DNA from: Antedon mediterranea
Taxonomy: Eukaryota > Animalia > Echinodermata
Assembly: GCF_964355755.1 (NCBI RefSeq)
Contig: NC_092674.1
Location: 29,574,001 to 29,638,000, forward strand
Direction: 5' to 3'
DNA length: 64,000 nucleotides
Shown here: positions 34,070 through 45,493 of the stretch, in pieces
Layout: each line of letters opens with the position of its first letter
Position numbering within the stretch: position 1 is the stretch's first letter
The notes under the pieces: generated by a model
Told to the model about the DNA's origin: nothing
Database searches by the model: none
Seen by the model: only the letters and a program-made list of their open reading frames with translations
Program-made: the position numbers and the translations under genes

Positions 34070-35315
34070 ATATTCTTTATCCAAAACTAAATTGGTATAG
34101 TAAAACACAGTGCTAGCAATTTATCATATTATTAAATGTTTCATATTCTTTATCATTGTGTTTTACTCTAATCAAATTGGTATAGTAAAACACAGTGCTA
34201 AATTGCTATGTGAATGTCATTTATCATATTTTTAAATGTTTCCTATTCTTTATCATTGTGTTTAACTCTAACCAAATTGGTTATAGTAAAACACAGTGCT
34301 AAATTGCTATGTAAATGTTATATATCATATTATTAAATTCCTATTCTTTATCATTGTGTTTTACTCTAACCAAATTGGTTATAGTAAAACACAGTGATAA
34401 ATTGCTATGTAAATGTAATTTATCATATTATTAAATGTTTCCTATTCTTTATCATTGTGTTTTACTCTAACCAAATTGGTTATAGTAAAACACAGTGATA
34501 AATTGCTATGTAAATGTAATTTATCATGTTATTAAATGTTTCCTATTCTTTATCGTTGAGTTTTACTCTAATCAAATTGGTTATAGTAAAACACAGTGCT
34601 AAATTGCTATGTAAATGTTATATATCATATTATTAAATGTTTCCTATTCTTTATCATTGTGTTTTACTCTAATCTGATTGGTTATAGTAAAACACAGTGC
34701 TAAATTGCTATGTGAATGTCATTTATCATGTTATTAAATGTTTCCTATTCTTTATCATTGTGCTTTACTCTAACCAAATTGGTTATAGTAAAACACAGTG
34801 CTAAATTGCTATGTAAATGTCATTTATCATGTTATTAAATGTTTCTTATTCTTTATCATTTTGTTTTACTCTAACCAAATTGGTTATAGTAAAACACAGT
34901 GCTAAATTGCTATGTAAATGTAATTTATCATATTATTAAATGTTTCCTATTCTTTATCATTGTGCTTTACTCTAACCAAATTGGTTATAGTAAAACACAG
35001 TGCTAAATTGCTATGTAAATGTCATTTATCATGTTATTAAATGTTTCTTATTCTTTATCATTGTGTTTTACTCTAACCAAATTGGTTATAGTAAAACACA
35101 GTGCTAAATTGCTATGTAAATGTAATTTATCATATTATTAAATGTTTCCTATTCTTTATCATTGTGTTTTACTCTAACCAAATTGGTTATAATTTATTTA
35201 ATTTCATTTCAAAAGACATTTACCTAAATTTCTATTTAAATGTCATTTATCAAATTATTAAATGTTTCCTATTATTTATCTGGTTATATAGTAAAACACT
35301 GTGCTAAATTGCTAT
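34070..35315 (-). repeat. Inverted array of the ~101-bp unit (~12 copies), right arm of FB-2
   Basis: Reverse complement of the 26092-30125 unit. Confidence 0.95.
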
Positions 35316-36513
35316 TGTATTAAGGACGAGTTCCGAGAAGATGTATTCAAAGCTACAACCAATCAGAACAGTGTTAATCAATATAGTCCATGGCTACAGC
35401 CAATCAGAAACGTCCAAATCGCAATAACCCCTAGGCTAATAGAAATTATTGGTCCGAGTAGCCTTTTCAACCAGACGTTGCGAGGTTTAAAAAGTAAAAC
35501 ATGATTTACTCGCCAGTTTGGTATAGTTTATATACCTGGACTCCGTTGATACAAATTGGGGAAAACCCGGTATTTTCGTTGAAAAGTTAGGAGTCTTCCA
35601 TTTGTTTTGGCTTCACGATCGATCGAAAAGTGGGCGAATTACAGGTGAAAAACAAAAATATCAATCCGCGCGCAATGCATTTTGGGATTTATAGCGGGCC
35701 GCTATAATTATTAGAATCGATTTATTTTTCACATTTTTAACCGTTTAAAGACGAAAAAAGTTATCGCAATAGGACCATATAGTATTATTTTTACATTACA
35801 TATAGTTTGTGATCTTAAATTAGATCTAAAAAACGTAGGGAATGGGGCTTTAATTTTAACCCAAAAACCAGACAGACAATTTAAGCATTTTTTTGTTTTA
35901 AATTACATTTTTTCAGGTAAATATTTTATTTGATCCAGTTTTAATTCAAATGAATAATTATTACATGACATTAACATGACATATTCAAAAACAAAATTTG
36001 AAAATTATGAAAATTATAATGACAATATATCTTTAATATTAACAACATACAGCACTGCATATTTATTAATTTTAGTTTATTTTTTCTAGTTTGTACGTAC
36101 ATATTAATGCAGTTTGTAGTGTCACAGTGTCAAAGGTGAAGAAGCTCAAATTCATTGGAAAGGGATGCATACTAAAATGTTCCATTGTGAAACTGAACCT
36201 TGCACACAGTTTATTGTGTTGTTTTTAGCGTTCATATTTTATTGGGCAGATAATCTGAACGTAAGTACAAATTATGAATTACAAACAATATGTATTTGCA
36301 TGAAATTCTACTGAACATTGAAAAAAAAAATGTACAGTCTTATTAGAGATCTTTGGGAGTGGAGCTTGTGGGTTTTAAGACATGATTAAACAGTTTTATG
36401 GATTTCTTTGTTCTGTTTATGGGAGGTTTCAATTGGTACGATCGATATAATAGGCCTACTTTGATAGAATTATTTAAAAAACTACATTACATTATATTTT
36501 GCAGTATTTACTG

Positions 36514-38607
36514 ATGGCGGAATGTACGAGTGTTGAAGAAATGATGGATGATGTTGCAAATAGATTCATTGCATGGAAAACCAGTGGACGACTGGCGCAA
36601 ATGTCTTACTTGGCACTTAGGGAAGAAGCAAATAAAAGCTACTTGAACATAATAGGTGAAACTAACACTGACAGCCATTTTCAGAGTGTTCATTATGTTG
36701 GTAGTTATCATGGTGAAGGGATGCCAGAATTTGTCTGTGGCGATAAAGATATGATGGGAGTGTTTCCAACGTTTCCAATAGTATGTTGGAAGCGCTTGTC
36801 AACAAAATGTCAAGAAACAGGGTATGTTGTAGGTGAACAAATAAAAGATGATCCAGCTTATCTAAAGCTTAGGGTAATGGATGAAACATGTCTACACAAG
36901 GACTATCAATGCTTTGTTAACAATGGTTACTTAAAGAGTAGTGATTTCATGGAAAAGCGTTTAGAATTTATGAAGGAATATTCATCTGCATTTGAAATAC
37001 ATGGTCCATCAGTAACAATACCATCTGGTCATCAAGTACCACATACTCTCAAATACGAGCCCATGAATGATATTGTATTTTGCTTGTTGTGCCAATCATG
37101 GCCATCTATCAACTACTTTACAAGAAAGAGGCAAACTAACTGGCCATCAGAGAAGCTCTTACAGAAGATATCAGATGTTGATTGTCATATAGTTGCCGTT
37201 GGACGACCTAACAGTTTGTCAAAGATGAATGAATGGCGGTTGTCATTTTCACTTGCCGAGAAGATACTTTTCCGTGAAATTCCTGAGCAATTTGCTAACT
37301 GTTTGTTTGCATTGAAAGCAATAAAGAAAAAACACAAACTGTACGAGTCCAGGGAACAAAAACCGTTATGTTCATATTTCATCAAGACTGCTTGTCTTTG
37401 GATCTGTGAAAGAATGTCTTGTGGCAACACCATGAATTTAATCAGAAGCGTGTTAGACTGGCTGATAAATTGTTATGAAAACAGACATATGCCACACTAT
37501 TTTATTCCTGAACAAAATTTGATTGGTCATTTATCGAAAGAAAGTTGTGATGACGTGCGTACAACTTTGACAACGATTAAAAAACATCTTTGGACGGAAG
37601 TGATGTCGAGTATTGAAGGTGGGATAGTAGATTCAAGAAGAATAATCAATAAACATATTTGTGATGCATTAACGATAGAAAGAATCGGTCAATCTCATGA
37701 CTATGCAATGCTTGAGGTTAATCTTTTGAAACACCCAACAGCTACAACTAGATGTCTCAAAGGAGTGGTTAATGACTTAAAGAACTCCATAACAGATCAC
37801 ATGGTGTTTGAAATCAACAGATGGGTGTCATGTAGCATTCTGCCATTTGATAAAGCTGTGATTTACTGGATAAGAAATAGTACTAACATTGCAGAAATCG
37901 TCAGCAATATAGAGGGCCTTATATTACCAATTATTAAGAAACTCAAAGAGATTGTAATTGAAGGATATGAAGACATATTCAAGGCAAAATTACATCGACA
38001 TATAGGAGACTTATTGACTTCCACTTTGGTGTGCTTACGTGACAAATACTCATATGAAGACCGGACTAAGTATCAGAATAAAGCATTGCAGTACTACAAG
38101 TTAGGAGCTGAAATGATCTATCCTGATGGACTGTGCGATGACGGAGTGGGACATGAAGCTTATGTTGTAAAGTTTCATTATTTAATGGGTAATCATAAGG
38201 AATTAAAAGATGCAATTGATGATTTTCGGAATGCTTTCCGGTCTTTTGAGGATTATAAACTAAAGTGTATCCCGTTTATAAATATACACACAGGAGATGA
38301 AAGAGAAGATTTGACTTACAGAGAATGGGAGGTTGATAAGTCATTTCAGTGTTTTATCAAAAATCAAAGTAATACAGACTTTTCCTTTAGTTTAATTCCA
38401 ATAGTGTATTACATATATTTCAGAGTAAGACTTAATGATGGCAATGTAGAGTGTGCCTCTAAAATTGCAACCTTAATAGAGAATTTAAAAGAGCATGTCT
38501 ACACCAGCGATATTGAACTATTATTAGGCAATTTTGCTGAATGTTTAATTGGCCTGGTTAAAGTTATGCAAATGATATGTAATGGTACTATCTATCTAAT
38601 CAGGTAG
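36514..38607 (+). CDS. Mab-21 / cGAS-like receptor (cGLR) nucleotidyltransferase with a C-terminal helical extension, 697 aa, single coding exon
   Basis: NTase signature VGSYHGEGMPEFVCGDKDMM and third acidic residue in NDIVFCL; Mab-21 motifs WPS..RKRQTNWPS, CHIVAVG, EWRLSFSLAEKILF, CSYFIKTACLW, PHYFIPEQNLI; splice acceptor TTTTGCAG just before the ATG at 36514. Confidence 0.9.
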   Translation: MAECTSVEEMMDDVANRFIAWKTSGRLAQMSYLALREEANKSYLNIIGETNTDSHFQSVHYVGSYHGEGMPEFVCGDKDMMGVFPTFPIVCWKRLSTKCQETGYVVGEQIKDDPAYLKLRVMDETCLHKDYQCFVNNGYLKSSDFMEKRLEFMKEYSSAFEIHGPSVTIPSGHQVPHTLKYEPMNDIVFCLLCQSWPSINYFTRKRQTNWPSEKLLQKISDVDCHIVAVGRPNSLSKMNEWRLSFSLAEKILFREIPEQFANCLFALKAIKKKHKLYESREQKPLCSYFIKTACLWICERMSCGNTMNLIRSVLDWLINCYENRHMPHYFIPEQNLIGHLSKESCDDVRTTLTTIKKHLWTEVMSSIEGGIVDSRRIINKHICDALTIERIGQSHDYAMLEVNLLKHPTATTRCLKGVVNDLKNSITDHMVFEINRWVSCSILPFDKAVIYWIRNSTNIAEIVSNIEGLILPIIKKLKEIVIEGYEDIFKAKLHRHIGDLLTSTLVCLRDKYSYEDRTKYQNKALQYYKLGAEMIYPDGLCDDGVGHEAYVVKFHYLMGNHKELKDAIDDFRNAFRSFEDYKLKCIPFINIHTGDEREDLTYREWEVDKSFQCFIKNQSNTDFSFSLIPIVYYIYFRVRLNDGNVECASKIATLIENLKEHVYTSDIELLLGNFAECLIGLVKVMQMICNGTIYLIR

Positions 38608-41424
38608 GTATACCTCCATGATCTAATACAGTACAGTAGTACAGTAGAATCTTTACACAGTCCCAGTTAACGCACATTAAGATAAGATAATTATTAATGA
38701 TCAATCATGATAAAATATAATGAGAGGAAGAAAACAATAGCAGAATGTTGATGAATGCATGGACCTATAAATTAGATTATACAATTTATAGGTCCATGAT
38801 GAATGGAGGCAGCAAAAAGGAGGAGGTTGAAAAACATAGAAATGATCATCATGACGATGACCTCTGACCTCACCTGCATGAACCTCCTCACTAAGCATGT
38901 TTTACCAACTCCAGCATTTCCAATGAGTACTATTTTGAATAGGTATTTGTAGTCCTCCATAGCCCGGCAGCGGCACCCCAAATTCAAGATGCTAGTAATA
39001 TTTTCACTAGCATAGATACTAATGTATTGCTGTTGAGTGGAGGTATTGTGTACTCGCTGATCTTCCTAAAAAACCAAGCCTATAAAAGTATAGAATTAAA
39101 TCATGCTGAAATCTTATAATATTCTTCATTCATTTTATATTCACATTCATGCCTGTATTCAATTTAGATGAGATGGATGGATAATTGATACCCTAATTTT
39201 GTCATCTACAAATAGACCTACCCTACATATACTGTTGTAATGTAAAATGGGTTGGGTTGGTGAATCAACCAATGCAAGTTAAAAACCATGCTGCATAGCT
39301 AGCTCAGCAAATGCTCATATCCAGGACATTCGTTTTAAATACTACTATATTTCATTCATCAAACTTACTATTGTATATGTCTATCTAGACACCATTCGAA
39401 ATTAATCGTAATTTGTTGCATAAAAAGCATTACCAGTGGTATGGGTTCAATCAACAGTACACTTTATTGGCCACTGGCCCATTGTACCCATCTGGGGCAT
39501 CTACTTAGGTGCAGAAAGTGTATACTATGTGTTTACATGGGCTAGGGCTGACGAAGTCAGAAATATTTTTGAAATCTATTTATACATGTGTATAATAGCA
39601 ATGTAAAAATGCAGTGCAAATCATTTATGCTAGTTTTTGAGAATACAAATCAAAGTTACAAAATGAATTTTGGACATGTATTATGTACTTTTGGAATAAA
39701 TAAAGATATGTAATAATAAATATATTTTTGTTTAATTTATTTTACAGGTACGATGATGGTATTGAACAAAATATTGCAAATTATAAAAGGTTCTTAACAA
39801 TTATTCTGTGTTTAAGTTCTTAAGATGATGTCATATCACTACCATATTTGGGCATATCACTACCATGTTTGGGCACATCATACTTTTTTTGTCACATAAA
39901 GTTTGATAGTGTAGACAGAGTTTTATACAGTACATTCCATAAGCTAGAACTTAATAATAACATGGGTTGAATGGATAAATACAAATTACTTAAATAAATT
40001 TAAATAAAATACATTACATAAATATATAGACATTACATATTTGCACAAATAATACTGAATATATAAAATTATTTGCCTTTATCAGAAACAAAACTGAATG
40101 TAAGCAAACCTGTAATCACTGAGTTTAGAAAATAACTTGGCAAACATTTTAAATATTACACATCTTAATTTTAATATTTATTATACTATAGAATTTCCTA
40201 AATTTATTTGGAATTAAAAACACTTGTTTTCTTATCATATTAACATCTAAAATCGTAGTACTACTACAGTTACATGAAAAGTAGTATGATAAAAGTTACA
40301 GAATTTTAATACAGTATTACAATACCAACCTTATTTTTATTACTAACTCTTTAGTTACAACCATTTAAAGTTTCCTGGTAAAAATAATTCTATTATTTTT
40401 GTATTTATTCAAATAATTTTTAAATTACAATAGCAACCTTATTTTTATTACTATAGCTCTTATAAGTACAACCATTTAAAGTGTCCTGGTAAAAATAATT
40501 ATATTATTTTTGTATTCATTTAACTAACAACACAATAAAACTGAACAAAACATAGTTTGAATTAGTTCAATCAAGTACTTCATATCTTAACAGAGGCGGT
40601 CGGTCCCTTTTGACAGCAAAAATGAAATTATCTACTACCTACTTCTTGATATCCACTTCTGACAGATTATTAATATTATATGTTCGCATTAAAAAAAATG
40701 TTGGATCCTCCCCTGATACAGTATAAAATTTGATAAGCAGCCCTAATTAAAGCATTGTCATGAACACCAGTACAACATTACATAACAATTTGGGGCTGGA
40801 ATGTGTTTACTAACATTTGTAACAAATTAACTTATTAGAAATGTAACAAATGGTGACTTAAGTTTGGTGGGCAAATCTAGAAATTCTTGAACTTTGAAAG
40901 AGAAAAAATACATAATTCAACAAAACAACAAAATAATTCATGGAACCAAAATATTTGAAAGCAAAGTTTACAGAAAATTCAAAATTTAATAAATTAGGTT
41001 ATCTAATTACATAATTATTAAAGCTAGTTTTTCCGATGCTTAATATTTGGCAGTAAACTCTTATTTATTTTAATATCAACTATTGCAACATTTAACAGCT
41101 TTTCAGTTCATATGAAATAAATTACTAGAAACTAATGTAAAAGATTGCACCTCAAATAAATGTATAAAATCAACAAATTAGAAATTCATTTCAGAATTTA
41201 TTATTTAATTATTTTCCACAATATTATATGGCCTTATTGTCAAAGTAAACATAGTCCTGTTTTCATAGGAAGCTTTAAAATACAGTTTTCAATAAACTCA
41301 CAATAGCACAGCAAATGTAACAAACTTTGTAATATATAATTGGACGTATATAATTTACAATAGGATATATAGCAATATTACAAGGGAGCATTGTATTACC
41401 ATGGAAACAAGTTGAACTTTGACA

Positions 41425-44400
41425 TCATTGCCTACAGCAGCCTGTGACACTGTGGTGCTCCTTGATTGGTACCTCTTCGGCATCTGTCTTTATTTCAACG
41501 TTCCTTACCGTGTTCGTCAATTCTACTGCGATATCAATGAAGAGTTTGTCTACGTTTTCAGCTTCTTTGGCCGACGTTTCCATAAACTGTATCGTCTTTT
41601 CATCTGCAAACGCTTGACCTTCTTCTGATTTGACCTCCCTCTCAGATGCGAGGTCAGTCTTATTACCTATAGAATCCAGAAATATGTAAATACAGATTTT
41701 TTGACAAATGGTTAGGTCAAGGTATAATATAATTATACACAACAGTGGTTAGGCCTATACACACATATATACACTACACAACAATTACTCTAATGTATGA
41801 GGTGGGCTTATATACCCCAAACTGGGCATATACCAGAATCATTACTACAGTATCACTGACCAACTAAAACTGTAACTATCTTTGGACTTGCATAAGTTTC
41901 AACTTCTTTCATCCAGTCTGGTAACGTGTTATAACTGTCTCGTGACGTGACATCATAGACCATAACAAGGGCGTCGGCACTATGATAATAACTCTGTGTG
42001 ATGGAGCGAAAGCGTTCCTGGCCCGCAGTATCCCAAACCTGAAGCTGGAAAATAACATTTTACAATTAAAGGAAAAATAAAATCCTTTAACCTAATATAC
42101 AAACACAAATAAGAATTATTGTTACCGTAATTATTATATGACCTGAAAATGACCTTACTTTGACCTTATCACCTCCAATCTGTAGTGTTTTTATCATAAA
42201 ATCTACTCCTATTGTTGCCCCTTGACCTGGTGGAAATAAACCCTAAAAACAAAAAACAATTTGAATAATTATTCATATTTATTAAAGATGTATTGTCCCC
42301 CAAAAACATGAACATTGAAGAGTATTAAAATCAGACTTTAAATAGGCCATTTTGCAGTTTTAATAAAGAATCACTTCTGTAAAAAAAAAATTTAAAAAAA
42401 GAATTATTTCACTTTAAAAAGACAAAACAAAGGGCTAATTTTAACCATTAAACATTTTTTTGCTTTACATTAGATTTTTTTCAGGTAAATCATTTTTACG
42501 ATCCAGTTTTTGGTCAAAATTACGTGACATTAAAATGGTATATTCAACAAAATAAAAAATAAATTTTTAGGGAGACAATATATCTTTAATATTGACAATA
42601 TACAGCACTGCAATATTAATTTTAGTTTAGTTTTCGCAGTTTGTAGTTCCACAGTGTCAAAGGTGACGGAGGCTCACATAAATTAAAAAACAAATACAGA
42701 CACTATCTTTTAGAAAAAGCATTATACTGTACTATCATACTGAAATGTTTCATTGTGAAACTGAACCTTGAACAGGGAGGGGCCAATTAACAGGGAGGGG
42801 CCAATTAACAGGGAGGGGCCAATTAACAGGGAGGGGCCAATTAAAGCAAGATATACAGGATACTGTGTAGGCTAGGTTTTTGTTTTTAGCTTTCACAAAA
42901 TAGTTTATTGGGCAGACAAGTAAATCTGAAGGTAGGTACAACATATAAATTACAATATGTTTGGGAGTGGAGTGGGAGTTATTTTGGGTTTTAAGACATG
43001 ATTAATGACAAGTAGTTTTGTGGATTTGTTGTTCATACTGTTTGTGGGAGGTTTCAATTGGTACGATAGGCCTACTTTATTTACAAAACTACATTACATT
43101 ATATTTTGCAGTATTCACTGATGGCGGAATGTACGAGTGCTGAAGAAATGATGGATGATGTTGCAAATGGATTCATTGCATTGAAAACCAGTGGACGATT
43201 GGCGCAAATATCTCACTTGGCGCTTATGGAAGAAGCAAATAAAAGCTTTTTTAACAAATTAGGTCAATCTTTGGATATTCGGGGTACTCATAATGTTGGT
43301 AGTTATCATGGTGAAGGGATGCCACTATTTGTCTGTGGCGATATGGATATGATGCTCGTGCTTGTAAAGTTTCCAATAGTATGTTGGAAGTCCTTGCCAA
43401 CAACATGTCAAGAAACAGGGTATGTTGTAGGTGAACAAATAAAAGATGATCCAGCTTATCTAAAGCTTAGGGTAATGGATGAAACATGTCTATACAAGGA
43501 CTATCAAGGTTACTTACAGAGTAGTAATTTTATGGAAAAGAATTTTTCAGAATTTATGAAGAATTTTGCATATGAATTTAAACCACATGGTCCATCATTA
43601 ACAATAACATCTGCTGCACCTCTTACGAATGATATTGTATTATGCTTTTTGTGCCAATCATGGCCATCTACCAACTACTTTACAAGAAAGAGGCAAACTA
43701 ACTGGCCATCAGAGAAGCTCTTACAGAAGATATCAGGTGTTGATTGTCATGTAGTTGCCATTGGACGACCTAACAGTTTGTCAAAGATGAATGAATGGCG
43801 GTTGTCATTTTCACTGGCCGAGAAGGTACTTTTCCATGAAATTCCTGAGCAATTTGCTAACTGTTTGTTTGCATTGAAAGCAATAAAGAAAAAACACAAA
43901 CTGTACGAGTCCAGTGAACAAAAACCGTTCTGTTCATATTTCATCAAGACTGCTTGTCTTTGGATCTGTGAAAGAATGTCTTGTGGCAACACCATGAATT
44001 TAATCAGAAGCGTGTTAGACTGGCTGATAAATTGTTATAAAAACAGACATATGCCACACTATTTTATTCCTGAACAAAATTTGATTGGTCATTTATCAAA
44101 AAAAAAAAATGATGACGTACGTAAAACTTTGACAACAATTCAAAGACACCTTTGGACTGAAGTGATGTCGAATATTGAAGGTGGGCTAATAGATTCAAGA
44201 AGCACAATCAATGAACATATTTGTGATGCATTAATGATAGAAAAAATCAGTCAATCTCATGACTATGCAATACTTGAGTTTAATCTTTTGAAACACCCAA
44301 AAGTCACAAGATGTCTCAAAAGAGTGGTAAATGACTTAAAGAATTTCAGAACAGATTACATGGTGTTTGAAATCAAAGGGTGGGTGGGTCTCACGTAGTA

Positions 44401-45493
44401 TTCTGCCATTTAATAAATCTGTGATTTACTGGGTGAGAAATAGCACTAACATTGCAGAAATCATCAGCAATATAGAGGGCCTTATATTACCAATTATTAA
44501 GAAACTCAAAGAGATTGTAATTGAAGGATATGAAGACATATTCAAGGCAAAATTACATCAACATATAGGAGACTTATTGACTTCCACTTTGGTGTGCTTA
44601 CGTGACAAATACTCATATGAAGACCGGACTAAGTATCAGAATAAAGCATTGCAGTACTACAAGTTAGGAGCTGAAATGATCTATCCTGATGGACTGTGCG
44701 ATGACGGAGTGGGACATCAAGCTTATGTTGTAAAGTTCCATTATTTAATGGGTAATCATAAGGAATTGAAAGATGCACTTACAGATTTTTGGAATGCTTT
44801 CCAGTCTTTTGAGCATTATAAACTAAAGTGTATCCCGTTTATAAATATACACACAGGAGATGAAAGAGAAGATTTGACTTACAGAGAATGGGAGGTTGAT
44901 AAGTCATTTCAGTGTTTTATCAAAAATCAAAGTAATACAGACTTTTCCTTTAATTTACTGTCAATAATACTTTACATACTTTTTAGAGTAACACTTAATG
45001 ATGGCAATGTAGAGGGTGCCTCTAAAATTGCACCCATTATAAAGTTTTTCAACACCAGCGATTTATAACTATTATTAGGCAATTTTGCTGAATGTTTAAT
45101 TGGCCTGGTTAAAGTTATGCAAATGATATGTAATGGTACTAAACTATCTAATCAGGTAGGTATACCTCCATGATCTAATACAGTACAGTAGTTTTGTAGA
45201 ATCTTTACACAGTCTGAGCATGGAGGTTTTTATAGCTTCATGCTCTAAATTATAACGCACAGTATACAGTACTGTATGTCATTAATGGTCATTAATGATC
45301 AATCATGATAAAAAACAAAAGCTGAATGTTGATGAATGGAGGCAGCAAAAAGGAGGAATGAAAAACATAGAAATGATCATCATGACGATGACCTCAGTGA
45401 CCTCACCTGCGTGAACCTCCTCACTAAGCATGTTTTACCAACTCCAGCATTTCCAATGAGTACTATTTTGAATAGGTATTTGTAGTCTTCCAT
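41425..45493 (-). CDS. RAB30: Ras-related protein Rab-30; exons 45407-45493, 42159-42242, 41861-42044, 41425-41666
   Basis: MEDYKYLFKIVLIGNAGVGKTCLVRRFTQ|GLFPPGQGATIGVDFMIKT..|LQVWDTAGQERFRSITQSYY..|GNKTDL..ETSAKEAENVDKLF..CCRQ*; all G-boxes and a CCxx prenylation motif; GT-AG introns in phase. Confidence 0.95.
42286..42585. mobile_element. TTAA MITE (Kolobok-like), uninterrupted
   Basis: TTAA|AGATGTATTGTCCCC ... GGGAGACAATATATCT|TTAA. Confidence 0.8.
42771..42842. repeat. 4 x 18-bp tandem repeat AACAGGGAGGGGCCAATT
   Basis: Four exact copies; absent from the paralogous position (~36200) in duplicate A. Confidence 0.9.
43121..45068 (+). pseudogene. Second cGLR copy, disrupted by a +4 frameshift (~44380) and a premature TAA (45066-45068); could still encode a 425-aa Mab-21 core
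   Basis: Collinear with 36514-38607; GGGT is reiterated (GGGTGGGTGGGTC) where copy A reads AGATGGGTGTC; GAA in copy A is TAA here. Confidence 0.8.

Larger units (their letters stand above)
25688..35538 (-). mobile_element. Giant non-autonomous foldback DNA transposon FB-2 (9.9 kb), 7-bp TSD GACTCCG
   Basis: GACTCCG at 25681-25687 and 35539-35545; TIRs GAGCTATATATCCAATACCAAATTGGCGAGTAAATCATGTTTTACTTT / AAAGTAAAACATGATTTACTCGCCAGTTTGGTATAGTTTATATACCTG; same end types as FB-1 in the opposite orientation. Confidence 0.9.
16818..35849. mobile_element. Inner TTAA MITE (Kolobok-like, 630 bp) in three pieces: 16818-17074, 25608-25687, 35539-35849
   Basis: The pieces join to give the reverse complement of the intact element at 55180-55809; TTAA|AGACCCCTTCCCT ... 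AGGGAATGGGGCT|TTAA. Confidence 0.9.
16674..36032. mobile_element. Outer TTAA MITE (Kolobok-like, ~300 bp) split by nested insertions
   Basis: TTAA|AGATGTATTGTC ... GACAATATATCT|TTAA; uninterrupted paralog at 42286-42585 and a related inverted copy from 56357. Confidence 0.75.
14912..38960 (-). pseudogene. RAB30: RAB30 duplicate A: exon 1 at 38874-38960, 5' part of exon 2 at 16575-16630, distal 3' region at 14912-15637; rest of exon 2 and exons 3-4 deleted; ~19 kb of transposons in intron 1
   Basis: MEDYKYLFKIVLIGNAGVGKTCLVRRFMQ|GLFPPGQGATIGVDFMIK then an abrupt break; 14912-15637 aligns with 39405-40137; no second copy of the exon 3 or exon 4 sequence is present. Confidence 0.85.

Noticed and set aside
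17433-35315. CRISPR-like reading of the palindromic repeat arrays
   Set aside because: Sequence between the hairpins is the same in every unit (no unique spacers), there are no cas genes, and the context is eukaryotic.
18278-35504. Short ORFs within the arrays (18278, 20533-21326, 26000-29669, 35101)
   Set aside because: Translations of tandem repeats with no protein-like features.
16818-35849. piggyBac assignment for the TTAA elements
   Set aside because: Termini are AG...CT rather than CCC...GGG, which fits Kolobok better; no transposase is present to settle it.
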